Assembly (NCBI GenBank): GCA_963849325.1
Contig: CAWKHF010000012.1
Coordinates: 800,001 to 864,000 of the forward strand
DNA: 64,000 nt
From: an uncultured Planctomycetota bacterium
Lineage (GTDB): Bacteria; Planctomycetota; Planctomycetia; Gemmatales; Gemmataceae
Reading direction: 5' to 3'
Shown: positions 42,596 through 52,987 of the stretch, piece by piece
Position numbering within the stretch: position 1 is the stretch's first letter
Layout of the letters: every line of letters begins with the position of its first letter
Translations under genes and position numbers: made by a program
Notes under the pieces: model-generated
What the model was told of the DNA's origin: nothing
What the model saw: only the letters and a program-made list of their open reading frames with translations
Database searches by the model: none

Positions 42596-44052
42596 ATGTT
42601 GTTCAGTGCGGCCACTTTTCTCTTTCTGTTTTTGCCGGTGCTGCTCCTGCTGTACTTCCTCTGTCCGCGCCGCTTGCGCAACTTGCTGCTCTTGACGGCC
42701 AGCTTGCTGTTCTACGTCTGGGGCGAGAAGACCTACGTTTTCGTCCTGCTCGCCTCCATCGCCGTCAATTACACGCTTGGCCTGTGGCTGGACGGCCTGC
42801 GCACGGCACGAGGCCGGCGTTTGGCGATCGCCCTGGCGGTCTTCGCCAACCTCGGCCTGCTGGCCACCTTCAAGTATGCCGTCTTCCTGCTGCAAAACTG
42901 CAATGTCGCGCTGGCCGCTCTGCATCTGGCTCCGCTGCCGGTGCCGAACATCCACCTGCCGCTGGGCATCTCCTTCTTCACCTTTCATGCCCTCTCCTAC
43001 GTCATCGACGTCTACCGCGGCGAGGTGCGGGCGCTGAAAGACCCGATCGCGTTCGCCCTGTACATTTCCTTCTTCCCGCAGAGTATCGCCGGACCCATCG
43101 TCCGCTATAGCGACCTGGCGACGCAGCTGGTACGCCGCCGCTTCTTCCGCGCGGGCTTCGCCGAGGGGGTACGGCGCTTCATCTTCGGGTTGTCGAAGAA
43201 GATGTTGATTGCCAATACGCTGGCCCTGCCGGCCGACGCCATTTTCGGCCTGCCGCCCGAAGGATTGTCGGCCGGGTTGGCCTGGCTGGGCATTACCTGC
43301 TATACGCTGCAAATCTACTTCGACTTCTCCGGCTACTCGGACATGGCCATCGGCCTGGCCAGAATGTTCGGCTTCGATTTCAAGGAGAACTTCAACTACC
43401 CCTACGTGTCGCGCTCGGTCACGGAGTTTTGGCGGCGTTGGCACATGTCGCTGTCGAGCTGGTTCCGCGATTACCTGTACATCCCGCTGGGCGGCAACCG
43501 CCGTGGGACGATCCACACCTATTTCAACCTGCTGGCGGTGTTTTTTCTGTGCGGCCTGTGGCACGGGGCGAGCTGGGCGTTCGTGGGCTGGGGCCTGTAT
43601 CACGGCGGCTTCCTGGTGCTGGAGCGCACTCGGCCGGGCGCTGGCTCGACGCGGCGCCGGCGCCGTTGCGGCACGCTTACGCCCTGCTGGCGGTGATGGT
43701 CGGCTGGGTGTTCTTCCGGGCGACGACGTTTGGCCATGCCGCGTCCTTCGTGGCCGCGATGTTTGGCCTGGGTTCGGACGGCGCCGTCGAGTACGTACCC
43801 GCCATCTACTTGCAGACGGACGTGGTGCTGGCGCTGATCGCCGGCGCGATCAGCTCGGCGCCGCTATTGACGTGGCTGCGGCGCGTCCGCCCGGGCGACC
43901 TGGCGGCCGCACTGCGGCGGCCCGCTTTGGCGCAGGCACTGGAAGCGGTGTTCGCCGGCGCCTCGGTGGCGGCGCACGCGGTACTGCTGCTGGCCTCGAC
44001 CACGATGCTGGCCGCCGGGACCTACAACCCGTTCATTTATTTCCGCTTCTAG
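42596..44052 (+). CDS. algI: MBOAT O-acetyltransferase (AlgI-like), copy 2; frameshift near 43635
   Basis: LPLGISFFTF, YFDFSGYSDMA, ENFNYPY, FWRRWH, GLWHGA, YNPFIYFRF. Confidence 0.85.
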
Positions 44053-44091
44053 GACCGCTCGCGGCTCGGTCCCCGATCGGAAGGAGGCGCC

Positions 44092-45257
44092 GTGGACACA
44101 GGCACTCGTATCCGCACCATCGCCGACTGGGCCGTGATTGCCTTGTTCCTGGCGGCGACCGGATTGCCGTTGGCCGGCGCCTTTCTGCCCGACCCGCACA
44201 ACCAGGCGGCCAACGACCTGCGCCCGCTGGCTTCCCTGCCGCCGCTGCGGCCCAAGCGCAGTGTCCTGATCGCTTTCCCCACGCAGTTCGAGAAATACTG
44301 GGAGGACCACTTCGGTTTCCGCGGCCCGCTCATCTACCTGCTGAACGTGGTCAAGGTACGCGGACTGCACGCCTCGACGGCGGCGAACGTCCTGCTGGGA
44401 CGGCCATCCTGGTTGTTCTACACTCATCTCCCCGCTGGCATGGATTACAACGCCGTGCGGCCCTTCACGGCCGACGAGCTGGACCACTGGCGCCGCGTCC
44501 TGGAGCGTCGCCGCGATTGGTTGCAGCGGCGCGGCTGCAAGTACGTCCTCTTCATTCCCCCCGATAAACAGACCATCTACCCCGAATATCTCGATCCGGT
44601 TTATCGCTCAAGGCACGACCAATCGCGGTTGGACCAGTTGCTCGCCCACCTGCGGAGCTGTGGTTCGAGCGTGGAGGTGCTGGACATCCGACAACCGATG
44701 CGGGCCGCCAAGGAGCGCGAGCGGCTGTACCATCAGACCGACTCGCACTGGAACGACCACGGAGCGTTCCTCGGCTATGAGCATCTGACCGGCGTGCTGG
44801 CCCGATGGTTCCCAGCCGTCCGGCCGGTGCCGCGCTCGGGCTTCGTGGAGGAGACGGCCGAGAAACGCGGCGGCGACCTGGCGACGATGGTTTACCTGGC
44901 CGAGCGGCTGCCCGAGCAAATGCTGAACCTCGTGCCGCGCTCGCCGCGGCGCTGGCGTCCGTCCGCACAAGGCGTTGTCGCGCGGCGCGGAAGACCGCCG
45001 CCTTTTACGCGGCCGCCGCCACCGAATGCGACGACGCCAACCTGCCCCGCGCCGTCATCTTTCACGACTCGTTCGCCCTGGCCCTGCGACCGTTCCTGTC
45101 CGAGCACTTCCGCCGTACCGCCTACGTCTGGGACGACGCCTTCCACCAGGATGTCGTCGAACGCGAACGTCCCAACGTCGTCATTCAGGAGATGCTGGAG
45201 CGCAAATTGGGGTTTGTGATACCCAACGACATCGAGGACGCCGAGCCGCTGAAATGA
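44092..45257 (+). CDS. AlgJ/AlgX-like SGNH O-acetyltransferase; frameshift near 44985
   Basis: DHFGFR, WLFY, PDKQTIYPE, TDSHWNDHGA, HDSF. Confidence 0.8.
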
Positions 45258-45496
45258 CGCGAATGCCTCCCCGACGTTATCGCCAGTCGTTGGCGGGTCG
45301 CGTTCTCATGGGGAGCGGAGGTATGTATCCACGAAATTGCATCCTTGCAAACGGCAGGGCACGAGCTAGAATGCAGTTGTCCCGTCGGGGGCGAGTGCGG
45401 TGACTGGGCGACACCGAGCGAACCACCGGCGGGACTTATTTCCCACCGCCTCCGTGACGACGCTCGGCGGACAATCGCGCGGGGAAGCGCGTCGAG

Positions 45497-46325
45497 TCAG
45501 CGCCGTGGCCTGCCGACATGCAGCCAGAGTTGAGGATGGGCGCGAGCCGATTTTTCCAGCGCCGCGATCCCCGGCCGACCGATGGGATTGCCGTCGAGGT
45601 TCAAGAGAGTCAAGCGGGCCAGATGAGGTGAAGCGGCCAGAGCGTACGCTCCCTCATCGTGGACGTTATTATCGACCAGGGAGAGCGTTTCCAGGTTCGT
45701 CAGGTGGGCGGCGGTGGCCAGCGGTCGCCCCCGCATCGCCGATGTCGTTGCGTCGCAGCCAGAGCGTGCGCAGGCTGGTCCCGTTCGCCGAGGCCGCCAG
45801 GGCCGCCGCTCCCGCGTCGCCGATGAAGTTGTATCCCAGGTCGAGCATGTTCAACCAACCCAGCCACGGCGAGGCCGCCAGACGCGCGACCGAAGCTCGC
45901 TCCAGGCCACGAAACGTCACGCCTTCAACCCAGGCGAACGCTTCCGACTGGATCAATTCGCCGGAGTCGTCCAGCAACGCGCCGGCCGAAATCTCCAGGT
46001 GGAGCAGTCCGCGATGCCAACTCCACGAGCGTGCCAGCGGCTTCAGCGGTCCCAGCCATGCCGTCTCGAAGCGCTCGAGCAACTCCGCTTCACGCTCCTC
46101 GTTCGGCGTTCGCGTCCGCAGAGATTGCAGGCGCAGAAACTCGCCCCGCGCCGCCCGCACGGCGTCGCCGTGTTCTTCCAGCCAGTCGGCCAGGATCAGG
46201 CGCGGCGTGTCGTCGCCGGGATGGGCCTTGATGTCGCGCAGGAACGCCAGGACCACCGGACGCCATATCGTCTCGTCGAGTTCGCGGGTTGAGACATGAC
46301 CAGGATCCCCGGAGTAGCCGGCCAA
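45497..46325 (-). CDS. TIGR02996-domain leucine-rich-repeat protein (frameshift near 45720; start uncertain)
   Basis: AFLRDIKAHPGDDTPRLILADWLEEHGD..RGEFLRLQ plus LRR units (LDLGYNFIGDAGAAALA). Confidence 0.85.
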
Positions 46326-46328
46326 GTG

Positions 46329-46880
46329 TCAGCTTCCTTCGGCGGTGGTCTCCGCGGCGAAAACGCGATCGTACGACTCCAGGGCGATTCCGCCCAGGCG
46401 GTTCGCTATCCGCCAATACGCTTCGCGGCGATAATCCCACTTCCGCGAACGGGGCACCTGCTCCAGCCAGTCATACAAATGAATCTTACAAAGGTCCGTA
46501 AAGTCCTCTTCCGACACTTCCCTGTCCTCGTCGGTGAGACGGTCCTTGATCCGATACGGCCCCTCCGCACCTTGCAGAGCGCGATCGAAGGAGGCGCGGT
46601 CCATGGCGCAGTTGAGGTAGGCCAGGCGCTCGGCCCGTTCGCCGAGGAGCGCGCGCACGTCCGGCCGTCGCTCCAGCGGCAGGGCGAAGCGCTGGAACAA
46701 CTCGGTGCCGTAGATGGAGTGGAACATGCCGGCCTGACATAATTCCTCGTTGCAGCCACGCGCTTCCATGTAGCGATACACGCCGATGACGTGGGCCAGG
46801 TACGACTTCTCCGTGTGGCGGACCTGTTCGGTGCCCAGCGCCAGCAGGAAGTCCGTCAACTGCTTGAAATTCCGGTGCAT
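46329..46880 (-). CDS. DUF6817-like (HD-related) protein
   Basis: H..SYLAH..GV, AGMFHSIYGTE, LGERAERLAYL. Confidence 0.7.
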   Translation of the reverse strand: MHRNFKQLTDFLLALGTEQVRHTEKSYLAHVIGVYRYMEARGCNEELCQAGMFHSIYGTELFQRFALPLERRPDVRALLGERAERLAYLNCAMDRASFDRALQGAEGPYRIKDRLTDEDREVSEEDFTDLCKIHLYDWLEQVPRSRKWDYRREAYWRIANRLGGIALESYDRVFAAETTAEGS

Positions 46881-47113
46881 GGTGTTCTCCTTCGGAGGTT
46901 GCGGCCGTGTGGAACTCGACCGGACAAGCGGAGCATACTCGCGCCGCGTGGGCAGAGCAAGGACGAGATCGAGGCGACCCATCCGGGTCGGAAAAGCCTC
47001 GACGCCGGTTTCACACGGACATTTCTCTTGTCGCCTGACACGCCCCGCCCGCGCGGTTGCCCTGGCGGCGTGCGTCGCTTACACTCGAAGGAGATGCGGA
47101 GGAGCCTCTTTCC

Positions 47114-47738
47114 ATGTCCACCCAAGCCGCAGCTTCCGAGTTGATCCGCCGCTGCCGGGCCGGCGAGGTCCACGCTCGGGAGCAGCTGTTCGCACGCTAT
47201 CAGCATTACCTGTATGTGCTGGCCCGCGCCCAACTCGGCCGGCGCCTGCGCAGCCAAGTGCGCCCCCTCGGACCTGGTTCAGCAGACCTTGCTGGAAGCC
47301 CACCGCGATTTCGACGGCTTCCAGGGCCAGCACGAGAGCGAACTGCTGGCGTGGCTGCGGCGCATCCTGGCCCACAACCTGTTCAACGAGGCGCGCCGCT
47401 ACGGCGCCCGCCAGCGCGATGCCGAGCGCGAGGTCTCGCTCGACCAGGTGCAGTCCGGCGTCGATCACTCCTCCGTTGTCCTGCAGCGCTGCCTGGCGGC
47501 CGGCGGCCCCAGCCCCAGTCAGATTGCCCTGGCCCACGAGGAGGCCGTGCGCCTGGCCGACACTCTCACCCGCCTGCCGGACGATTATCAAACGGTCCTG
47601 CTGCTGCGCGTCTTCGAGGAGCTGCCGGCCGAGGAGGTTGCCCGGCGCATGGGACGCAGTGCCGGCGCCGTCCGCATGTTGCAAATGCGCACCCTGACGG
47701 CCCTGCGTCAAGAGATGGAGAAGGACGCGCGGAGTTGA
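47114..47738 (+). CDS. planctomycete-type ECF sigma-70 factor (frameshift near 47255)
   Basis: SDLVQQTLLEAHRDF..F.G, WLRRILAHN, SPSQ, LPDDYQTVLLLR, EVARRMGRSAGAV. Confidence 0.85.
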
Positions 47739-47812
47739 GCATGCGCGGTCACGGCGGCCTGGATGGGGTCGATCCGCGAACACCGTGTCAGCAAGCATGT
47801 TAGATGCTGTTG

Positions 47813-48265
47813 TTACGGACGTGTGGCAGCGGTCTTTGGTGTGATGCATCCGAATGCGCCGAACACGCCGAAGTCGGCGGAGTTCGTTGTGAGAAGCGAT
47901 TGGATGCCAACTTGCCTGTAGGTCGCGGCGAGCAGCGTGTCCAACAGTCGCTTGCGGCCCAAGGAAAACTGCTTCAGCCAGTCGAGAAACTGCCGCGTCG
48001 CGGCCTCGTCAGGAAACACCGGGACGACGTCGCTGGCCGTCCACCATTGTTCGGCAAGTTGCTGGGCTGCCGCCATGTCGAGCGGATGCGTGAAGCGGCG
48101 AGGGTCCGTTACGATATGGATGAATTCCGCCAGCACCTGGGGAGCGAGGGCGATCCGGTCGCCTGCGCCAAGCAATCGGGCCAAGGTGGCGCGTGCATCG
48201 GTGTGCTCGGTGTGCTCCCTCACTGCCACCGCCACGAGAAAGCCGGTGTCGAGTCCATGCATCAT
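47813..48265 (-). CDS. vapC: PIN-domain (VapC-like) toxin
   Basis: GLDTGFLV, QVLAEF..IVTD, LLDTLLAAT, LLTTN..DF. Confidence 0.85.
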   Translation of the reverse strand: MMHGLDTGFLVAVAVREHTEHTDARATLARLLGAGDRIALAPQVLAEFIHIVTDPRRFTHPLDMAAAQQLAEQWWTASDVVPVFPDEAATRQFLDWLKQFSLGRKRLLDTLLAATYRQVGIQSLLTTNSADFGVFGAFGCITPKTAATRP

Positions 48266-48495
48266 CGCCGACCATCCAACATTTCACCGAGCAGATCGTC
48301 GTCCGCTGTTAGCGTGTGCAGTACGGGGCCAAGACTTAAGACCGGAACATCCAGGACACGGTGCGGCGAGCCGGGTAACGAAGCGGCGGTCGGCGCCGTT
48401 TCGGCTCGGAGGACAATCACTTCCTGTCCCTCCGGGAGACGAACGCCATCGTCCAGCACCACGACGCCATTTTGCACGTGACCGCGGGCAACCAT
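48262..48495 (-). CDS. putative antitoxin (AbrB/DUF104-like)
   Basis: MVARGHVQNGVVVLDDGVRLPEGQEV; ATGA overlap with the PIN gene. Confidence 0.75.
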   Translation of the reverse strand: MVARGHVQNGVVVLDDGVRLPEGQEVIVLRAETAPTAASLPGSPHRVLDVPVLSLGPVLHTLTADDDLLGEMLDGRR

Positions 48496-48532
48496 CGTAC
48501 ACCTCATCCTGTGAGGAACTCCTGAGGGCAGT

Positions 48533-49603
48533 TTACCGCGCATCGGGAAGAAGACAAAGCTCTGCCGCTCGGGCGATGATTTGCTCGATGGCCCAGCGTG
48601 CGGCGTCGCGGACCAGCGGCTCGGCGTCCTCCAGGGCGCGGCGCAGGGCCGGCAGCGCGGCGGCGTCGGCCGTGTTGCCCAGGACGAGGGCGGCGTTGCG
48701 TACCAGGCCGCGCCGCTTCGTCCGCCACAGGGCCGTGCCGCGAAATCGACGACGAAACTCCTCCTCCGACAACCCGAGCACCTCGATCAAATCGAGCCTC
48801 TCCAACTCGGGACGCGCTTGCAGGGCCGGCTCCGTCCCCGGCGGCGCCTTGCGGTTCCACGGACAGACTTCCTGGCACACGTCGCAGCCGAATACCCAGT
48901 CGCCCAGGCCGGCGCGTAGCTCCGGTGCGATCGCGCCCTTGTGCTCGATGGTCAGATAGCTGATGCAGCGACGCGCGTCGAGCTGTCCGGGACCGGCGAA
49001 GGCACTCGTCGGGCAGGCGTCCAGACAAGCGGTACACGTGCCGCAGTGGGAGGCGATGTGCGGCGCATCCGCGGCCAACTCCAGATTGACGAGAAGGGCG
49101 CCGATAAAGAAGTAGCTCCCCAGGCGCTTGTTCAGCAGCATGGTGTTCTTGCCGAACCAGCCCAGCCCCGCGCGGCGAGCGAAATCGCGCTCCAGCAGCG
49201 GTGCCGTGTCCACGACGCCGCGACCGAGGCAGTCGGGGCGCTCTTGGCGGAGCCAGTCGAGCAGGCGGTTCAGGCGTTCGCGCAGGACGTCGTGATAATC
49301 CGTTCCGCGGGCATAGCGGGCGACGCGGCCGGTCGGCGAGTTGAGAGCGTCAGCCCCCGGCTCACCGGCGGGACGATAGTTCATGCCGACCATGAGGACG
49401 CTGCGGACGTCGGACAAGATCGAGGAGGGATGGCGGCGGGCCTCGCCGTGGCGGTGCATGTAGTCCATCGTGCCGGCGAAACCGCGGTCCAGCCAGTCGC
49501 GCAGACGGTCGAAGCCGTCGGCCTCCGTCGCCGGCGCGATGCCGGCCATCTCGAAGCCGAGTGCGCGAGCTTGTTGTTTCAAACGATCTTCCAACGGGGC
49601 CAT
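48533..49603 (-). CDS. queG: tRNA epoxyqueuosine(34) reductase
   Basis: ARYARGTDYH, VDTAPLLER, CGTCTACLDACPT, CISYLTIE, GCDVCQEVCPWN. Confidence 0.95.
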   Translation of the reverse strand: MAPLEDRLKQQARALGFEMAGIAPATEADGFDRLRDWLDRGFAGTMDYMHRHGEARRHPSSILSDVRSVLMVGMNYRPAGEPGADALNSPTGRVARYARGTDYHDVLRERLNRLLDWLRQERPDCLGRGVVDTAPLLERDFARRAGLGWFGKNTMLLNKRLGSYFFIGALLVNLELAADAPHIASHCGTCTACLDACPTSAFAGPGQLDARRCISYLTIEHKGAIAPELRAGLGDWVFGCDVCQEVCPWNRKAPPGTEPALQARPELERLDLIEVLGLSEEEFRRRFRGTALWRTKRRGLVRNAALVLGNTADAAALPALRRALEDAEPLVRDAARWAIEQIIARAAELCLLPDAR

Positions 49604-49820
49604 GTCTCCATCCTAACGGATGCGCGGGGTCCGGGAAGTCGTGGATGTACGCCGATTGCCGTCGGGCGATCGGGATCCTATCACTGAGGACAACGGAGCG
49701 ATCGGGAGTCGGAAGGATCGAATAGGCGACGCCCGGTTTCCGTCGAAGACAGTGTATTTTGGTGCGCCGCCGCGGGGCGGTGCCGAACGTCGGCAACCAA
49801 TGACGATGAGGGATGAGAGA

Positions 49821-50211
49821 ATGCGCACGGTGAAGTATTTCATGATGGCGGTGCTGACCACGGGCCTGGTGGCCGGCCTCGGCATGTTCCGGGCCGCCGA
49901 CGACAAGCCCAAGTACAACATCGAAGAGATCATGGAGACAAGCCCACAAAGCCCCCAAGGGCAAACCGAGCCTGTTCAAGCAGGTAGCCGGCGGCAAAGC
50001 CAGCGCCGAGCAAAAGAAGCAATTGCTGGCGTATTATCAGGATTTGGCCAAGAATAAGCCCGAGAAGGGCGAGTTGAGCGATTGGAAAAAGCGGACGGAC
50101 GCCATGGTCAAGGCGGCCCAGGACGTGGTGGACGGCAAGCCCGGCGCCACCCAGGAACTCGGCAAGGCCACCAACTGCAAGGCTTGCCACCAGCTGCACA
50201 AGGGCGACTAA
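49821..50211 (+). CDS. secreted helical c-type cytochrome (cytochrome c'-like); frameshift near 49938
   Basis: Signal peptide; C-terminal CKACH. Confidence 0.75.
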
Positions 50212-50225
50212 GGGCCGATTCGTCC

Positions 50226-50277
50226 GAGCCCGCAGCGTAAGTGAGGAAACATACATCCTCGCTTACGCTGCGGGCTC
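50226..50277. repeat. REP-like palindrome
   Basis: gagcccgcagcgtaagtgagga...tcctcgcttacgctgcgggctc. Confidence 0.85.
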
Positions 50278-50299
50278 TTCTCTCCGCGACGAGGACGCC

Positions 50300-50704
50300 A
50301 TGAGAAACCGTCTGGCGATACTTCTGGTAGTGGCGACGAGCCTGGGACTCGGCGGTGCCGAGCCGGACAAAGCTCCCGACATCAAGGAGATCATGCAGCG
50401 GGCCAACAAGCCGACGGGTCTCTACTTCAATCTGAAAAAAGACCTGGAGGATGAGGAACCGATGTGGGACGACATGCTTGCGGAGGCGCGCGAGCTGGCC
50501 CAGCTGGCGGCCGCCCTCGGCAAGCAGACGCCGCCCAAGGGCGACAAGGCGTCGTGGGCCAAGTTGACCCGTGCCTACGCCAGCGAGGCCAAAGGGCTGT
50601 CTCAGGCCGTTGCCAAAAAAGACCGCAAGGCCGCTCAGGCCGCCATCGGCCGCATGGGCGGCGCCACCTGCAAGAGCTGTCACAAGGTCCATCGGCCGGA
50701 GTAA
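50300..50704 (+). CDS. secreted helical c-type cytochrome (cytochrome c'-like), paralog of the upstream gene
   Basis: Signal peptide; IKEIM, PPKGD..SW, C-terminal CKSCH. Confidence 0.8.
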   Translation: MRNRLAILLVVATSLGLGGAEPDKAPDIKEIMQRANKPTGLYFNLKKDLEDEEPMWDDMLAEARELAQLAAALGKQTPPKGDKASWAKLTRAYASEAKGLSQAVAKKDRKAAQAAIGRMGGATCKSCHKVHRPE

Positions 50705-50732
50705 CCGCGCGGGATTTCCGGGAGGCGCAATC

Positions 50733-51215
50733 ATGCTTGATGGTCCCGCTGTCGTCGCCGCGCTGCAGGACTGCGGCGTAACGCACGTGGTCTGGATACC
50801 CGACAGCGACCTCGGCCGGTGGGAGCCGGCCCTGAGTGCCGCGTCCAGCCCGCGATTGCTCCGCGTCTGCCGCGAGGGCGAGGCCATCTCCCTGGCCGCC
50901 GGCCTGCACCTCGGCGGCCAACAGCCGATCGTCGTCATCCAGTGTACCGGCCTGTTCGAGGCCGGCGACACACTGCGCAACATCCTCCACGATCTGCGCC
51001 TGCCGCTGTTTTTCGTCATCGGCGTTCGCAGTTACCACGCCCATCGACAGGGCACTTCGACCGACAGCTGCCCCGTCTTCACCGAGCCGATCCTGCGCGC
51101 CTGGCTGTTACCCTATACCGTGTTCGAGGACAACCACACGATCGCCGACCTGGTGACGGCATACCGTCAGGCACGGGCGAAAGGCCAGGCGTTCGCCGTC
51201 CTGATCGCCGAGTGA
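50733..51215 (+). CDS. sulfopyruvate/phosphonopyruvate decarboxylase alpha-like subunit (ComD-like)
   Basis: WIPDS, CREGEAISLAAG, IQCTG, TEPIL. Confidence 0.75.
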   Translation: MLDGPAVVAALQDCGVTHVVWIPDSDLGRWEPALSAASSPRLLRVCREGEAISLAAGLHLGGQQPIVVIQCTGLFEAGDTLRNILHDLRLPLFFVIGVRSYHAHRQGTSTDSCPVFTEPILRAWLLPYTVFEDNHTIADLVTAYRQARAKGQAFAVLIAE

Positions 51216-51223
51216 GTCCAACC

Positions 51224-51808
51224 ATGATGACGTTGCGCGAAGCCCTGGAAGTGCTGGCGGCCCATCGCGGACGGCGGATCGTCGTCACGACCATGAGTTC
51301 GGTCGGCGTCTGGCCGAGCCTGTCGGATACGCCGCTCGACTTCGCCTACATCCCGTCGGCGATGGGCCATGCTCCGCCGCTGGGGCTGGGCCTGGCCCTG
51401 GCCCAGCCGGAGCGCGGCGTCATCGTCGTCAACGGCGACGGTTGCACGCTCATGAACCTCGGCAGCCTGGTGACACTGGCGCATCATCCGGCCAACATCT
51501 ATCTGCTGATCCTGGACAATGGCCTGTACGAAGTGACGGGCGGCCAGTCGGTCGCCGGCGCCGGCCGCACCGACTTTGCCGGCCTGGCCCGCGCCGCCGG
51601 CATTCGGCGCGTGTATGCCTTTGATACCGCCGAGGCCTGGCGCGCGGACGCCGCCGAGGCGCTGGCGGGAGATGGGCCGGTCGTGGTGTGGCTGCGGGTC
51701 GAAGGGCGCCTCGGCCAGAAGACACCGAAAGCGCCGCGGCCGATGGCCAAGCAGATCGAGCGCCTTCAACAGGCGCTGGGCGAGCCGGGTGCGTCCGCCT
51801 CCGGTTAG
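51224..51808 (+). CDS. TPP-binding decarboxylase beta-like subunit (ComE-like)
   Basis: SAMG, GLGLALA, NGDG...MNLG, DNGLYEVTGGQ. Confidence 0.8.
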   Translation: MMTLREALEVLAAHRGRRIVVTTMSSVGVWPSLSDTPLDFAYIPSAMGHAPPLGLGLALAQPERGVIVVNGDGCTLMNLGSLVTLAHHPANIYLLILDNGLYEVTGGQSVAGAGRTDFAGLARAAGIRRVYAFDTAEAWRADAAEALAGDGPVVVWLRVEGRLGQKTPKAPRPMAKQIERLQQALGEPGASASG

Positions 51809-52198
51809 AGCGATCGCGGCCAAGGAGTTCGTCAATTCGTCAGGATGTCTTGCCAATATGCCACCCATCATGTAGAATGAGTTGGTTGCTCTACATTCCT
51901 GATGCCTTCCTCATCCTCAGAATCATTTCTTCGGATCCGGCCGACATCGAGTGTGCGGAGTAGGACATTGTCCTCGGAGGCACTCCGATGCAGGCCACGA
52001 CTCTCTTTCCCTTTCACAAACCCTTGCGCACCTTGTCGCAAAGGTTGCCCCCTTCCCAGTGGGGAGGCCTCTTGCGTTTCCGGCTCGCTTCGGGACACGC
52101 AGGGACGAGACAGTCTGCGCCAGGTAGGACCAGCGGGTTGGCGGCGGCACGGAGTTATTCCGGGAAGCCCCTTTCGCTCTGGACAAGGAGGTACAGCC

Positions 52199-52370
52199 AT
52201 GTTGGTCCTCTCGCGACGTGTGGGAGAGCAGATCGTGATCGATGGCTCGATCTATGTGACGGTCGTGGCCATCAAGGGGAACACGATCCGTCTGGGGGTC
52301 ACCGCGCCTGAGTCCGTATGCGTGGATCGCGCGGAGATCCACGAACGGCGCCGGGCGCCGGGCCGGCCTA
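52199..52370 (+). CDS. csrA: carbon storage regulator CsrA/RsmA (no in-frame stop as written; see findings)
   Basis: AAGGAGG RBS; MLVLSRRVGEQIVI...IRLGVTAP..V.VDRAEI. Confidence 0.85.
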
Positions 52371-52414
52371 GCCCCGAGCTTTCTTTTTCCTCCCCATCCG
52401 CAGGAGACTTTCGG

Positions 52415-52882
52415 ATGCAAACGGTTCAACAGGGCGACCACGTCCAGGTCCATTACGTGAAACGCTTTTCCGACGGCCGAGTGGCTTCGTCCCGGTCGCG
52501 TGGCCAGGCGCCTCTGGAATTAACCATCGGCACCGACCACCCGCGTCTGCCCGGACTGGGATTGGGCCTGATCGGCCTGGCCCCGGGGAACCACGTGACG
52601 CTCACCGTCCCCGCGGAGCGGGCCTATGGGCTATCCGACCCTGGACGGATACGCCGCTTGGCCCGCACGCGCTTCGCGGCCAACCAAGCGCTCCCCATCG
52701 GCAAGTGGGTGCGAATCCTGGACCGCCGCGGCCGGCACCGCCTGGTCCGTATCATGGAAGTCCATAATCGGTTGGTGGTCGTGGATACCAATCACCCTCG
52801 GGCGGGGCAGGCGCTCGAGCTGGACGTGGAACTCGTCACCATCCATGGCCCAGACGCCGATTCGAACGCCCAGAAGATCTAA
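52415..52882 (+). CDS. FKBP-type peptidyl-prolyl isomerase (SlyD-like)
   Basis: Own RBS CAGGAG; GDHVQVHY, PERAYG, VDTNHPRAGQAL. Confidence 0.8.
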   Translation: MQTVQQGDHVQVHYVKRFSDGRVASSRSRGQAPLELTIGTDHPRLPGLGLGLIGLAPGNHVTLTVPAERAYGLSDPGRIRRLARTRFAANQALPIGKWVRILDRRGRHRLVRIMEVHNRLVVVDTNHPRAGQALELDVELVTIHGPDADSNAQKI

Positions 52883-52908
52883 GAACCACTAACCGAATGC
52901 CCCACGAG

Positions 52909-52955
52909 CCGGAGCGTCCGCGACGGGTGCTTGCAACCCGTCGCGGACGCTCCGG
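52909..52955. repeat. REP-like palindrome
   Basis: ccggagcgtccgcgacgggt...acccgtcgcggacgctccgg. Confidence 0.8.
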
Positions 52956-52987
52956 ACTAGTCGGCAAAAAGACGGATCGGAAAAAAG

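Noticed and set aside
48533-49603. Functional link between queG and the array's GUN-anticodon tRNAs
   Set aside because: They are 9 kb apart with unrelated genes between, and queG is a housekeeping gene
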